Below are positions 62,525-64,000 of a DNA stretch of 64,000 nucleotides, piece after piece; positions within the stretch are counted from its first letter, which is position 1, and each line of letters opens with the position of its first letter. Where the stretch lies: contig JAZQSA010000019.1 of assembly GCA_045629905.1 (NCBI GenBank), positions 2,735-66,734 on the forward strand. Direction: 5' to 3'. The position numbers and the translations under genes are program-made. The notes beneath the pieces were generated by a model. The model made no database searches. It saw only the letters and a program-made list of their open reading frames with translations, and was not told the origin of the DNA. Origin of the DNA: Alistipes sp. GTDB taxonomy: Bacteria > Bacteroidota > Bacteroidia > Bacteroidales > Rikenellaceae.

Positions 62525-63360
62525 TACTTCACGATTGTTATACCATTTTCATCGGCAGTCACGCGGTTGTGGCTCAACAGCACACCGAGAGAACGCTTGA
62601 AGAGTTTTTTGCTTATGCCGAGCGTACGTTGCACCTCTTCGGGTGCGCTTGCATCGTTCAACGGTAGAGAACCTCCCGCAGCCACGATTGCCTCGTAGAG
62701 AGTCTCGGCAGAGTCCTTGACCTGCGCATAGCCCTGACGCTGCAACGACAAGTCGATGCGACGCTCATCGGTCACACGGACTACATAGGCGCGACAGCGC
62801 TCACCCAATGCGAGTGGGCGGAAAATCTGGTTTTTGTAGAGCATACCCCAATGGCGATTCTCGACAACCACACGATAGCCAATCGGACTCTCCGACACGA
62901 CCAACGCATCGACCTCCTGACGAGGGCCGACAGTCACAATATCGTCGTTATTGACCACCGCACGCAATTTGTTCGAGGCCACACAACGACCCGTAACCTC
63001 ATCGACATAGAGATATACCGGATAGCTATTACCAATTACTATACCACCCTGCTGATTGCGGTTGGGGAGAAACAAGTCTTTACCGGAAACGCCCCAATCG
63101 AGGAACGCTCCGTGAATATTCTTATCGACAACTTTGAGCCAGGCAACCTTACCCGCCGTAATCAGCGGTGTTTCTGTTGTAGCAACAATTCTATCCTCCG
63201 AGTCGTGGTACACAAATACCGACACCTCGTCGCCCACCTTCTGCGACAACGACACATAGCGGTTGGGCAAAAGCACCTCGTTCTGTTCGTCATCAACAAG
63301 ATAGAGTCCGTAATCGGAGACTCTACCGACCTGCAATGTTTGAATTTCTCCTACCTTCAT
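62524..63360 (-). CDS. CvfB-like S1 RNA-binding protein
   Basis: EVLLPNRY, GAFLDWG, C-terminal SKKLFKRSLG winged helix; start set at MKVGE. Confidence 0.85.
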   Translation of the reverse strand: MKVGEIQTLQVGRVSDYGLYLVDDEQNEVLLPNRYVSLSQKVGDEVSVFVYHDSEDRIVATTETPLITAGKVAWLKVVDKNIHGAFLDWGVSGKDLFLPNRNQQGGIVIGNSYPVYLYVDEVTGRCVASNKLRAVVNNDDIVTVGPRQEVDALVVSESPIGYRVVVENRHWGMLYKNQIFRPLALGERCRAYVVRVTDERRIDLSLQRQGYAQVKDSAETLYEAIVAAGGSLPLNDASAPEEVQRTLGISKKLFKRSLGVLLSHNRVTADENGITIVK

Positions 63361-63490
63361 CTGAACTATATTATGCGACAAAGGTACAAAATTCCATCGG
63401 AATAAAGAATTTTTCGTACTCTGATGCACTCTATTGTTGTAAAATTACAAATTTATCACTAAATTTGATAGCTAAAATGCGCACTTTTTG

Positions 63491-64000
63491 ATGGAGTTGG
63501 ATTTGAACATAACGCTGATACTTGTAATTTCGGGAGTCATTGTCGGAATTATCAACACCCTTGCCGGAGGCGGTTCTGTGGTGAGTGTCACTATGTTTAC
63601 AGCGCTCGGCCTGCCGATAACCATCGCCAACGGAACAAATCGTATTGCCGTATTTTTGCAGAACCTGACATCGACCATAACATTCCTACGCAAAGGTATG
63701 TTCAACCTCAAACACGGATTATTGCTCTCGATTCCGGTTATCGTGGGCAATATTGCGGGTTCGTTGGTTGCAACCCATATCGACGAGGATATTTTCCAGA
63801 TATGTTTCAGCGTGATTTTGGTCGTAATACTGCTCTACATCATCTTCGACAGTCGCATCAAAATCAAAGAGGGACACAACATCGATATCAAACCGTGGCA
63901 CTATCTACTCTTTCTCGCCATCGGTTTCTATGGCGGTTATATCTATATCGGCATCGGCTATCTGATTCTCGCCATAACCCTTTGGGCTATGCGTATGGAT
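63491..64000 (+). CDS. TauE/SafE (TSUP) family transporter, 3' end outside window
   Basis: Manual translation MELDLNITLILVISGVIVGIINTLAGGGS...ANGTNR...GFYGGY. Confidence 0.8.
   Translation, partial: MELDLNITLILVISGVIVGIINTLAGGGSVVSVTMFTALGLPITIANGTNRIAVFLQNLTSTITFLRKGMFNLKHGLLLSIPVIVGNIAGSLVATHIDEDIFQICFSVILVVILLYIIFDSRIKIKEGHNIDIKPWHYLLFLAIGFYGGYIYIGIGYLILAITLWAMRMD

Overview
Core-genome window from a Bacteroidales organism. Bacteroidetes TAnnTTTG promoters, PorX and DUF4493/PCMD lipoproteins suggest an Alistipes/Rikenellaceae relative (inference). Bases 1-27116 form a de novo nucleotide supercluster: purT; pyrC-carA-carB-pyrK-pyrD-pyrF-pyrE-pyrB; a minus-strand purE-L-F-M-N-H-D-folD-purB operon; and guaB-guaA. 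The rest holds peptidases (M49, M16, S9, C10), panCD, dnaG, uvrB, lgt, tRNA-Arg(CCG), ruvB, porX and a 7-gene surface lipoprotein/beta-barrel cluster. Three signals stand out. (1) The pyr, pur and gua operons each start with promoter, then an unannotated 40-53 codon leader ORF, then an intrinsic terminator 1-4 nt after its stop. The leader is U-biased for pyr and G-biased for gua/pur, suggesting NTP-sensing attenuators. (2) Seven copies of a ~125-nt rod-like hairpin share an apical motif and, in the five full copies, a constant length while their stems diverge and co-vary. They sit at or just after TAA stops and fold better (G.T wobbles) on the strand opposite the host mRNA. (3) CarA, PurF and GuaA lack their glutaminase catalytic Cys, implying ammonia-driven nucleotide synthesis. 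All calls are by-eye readings; no searches were run.
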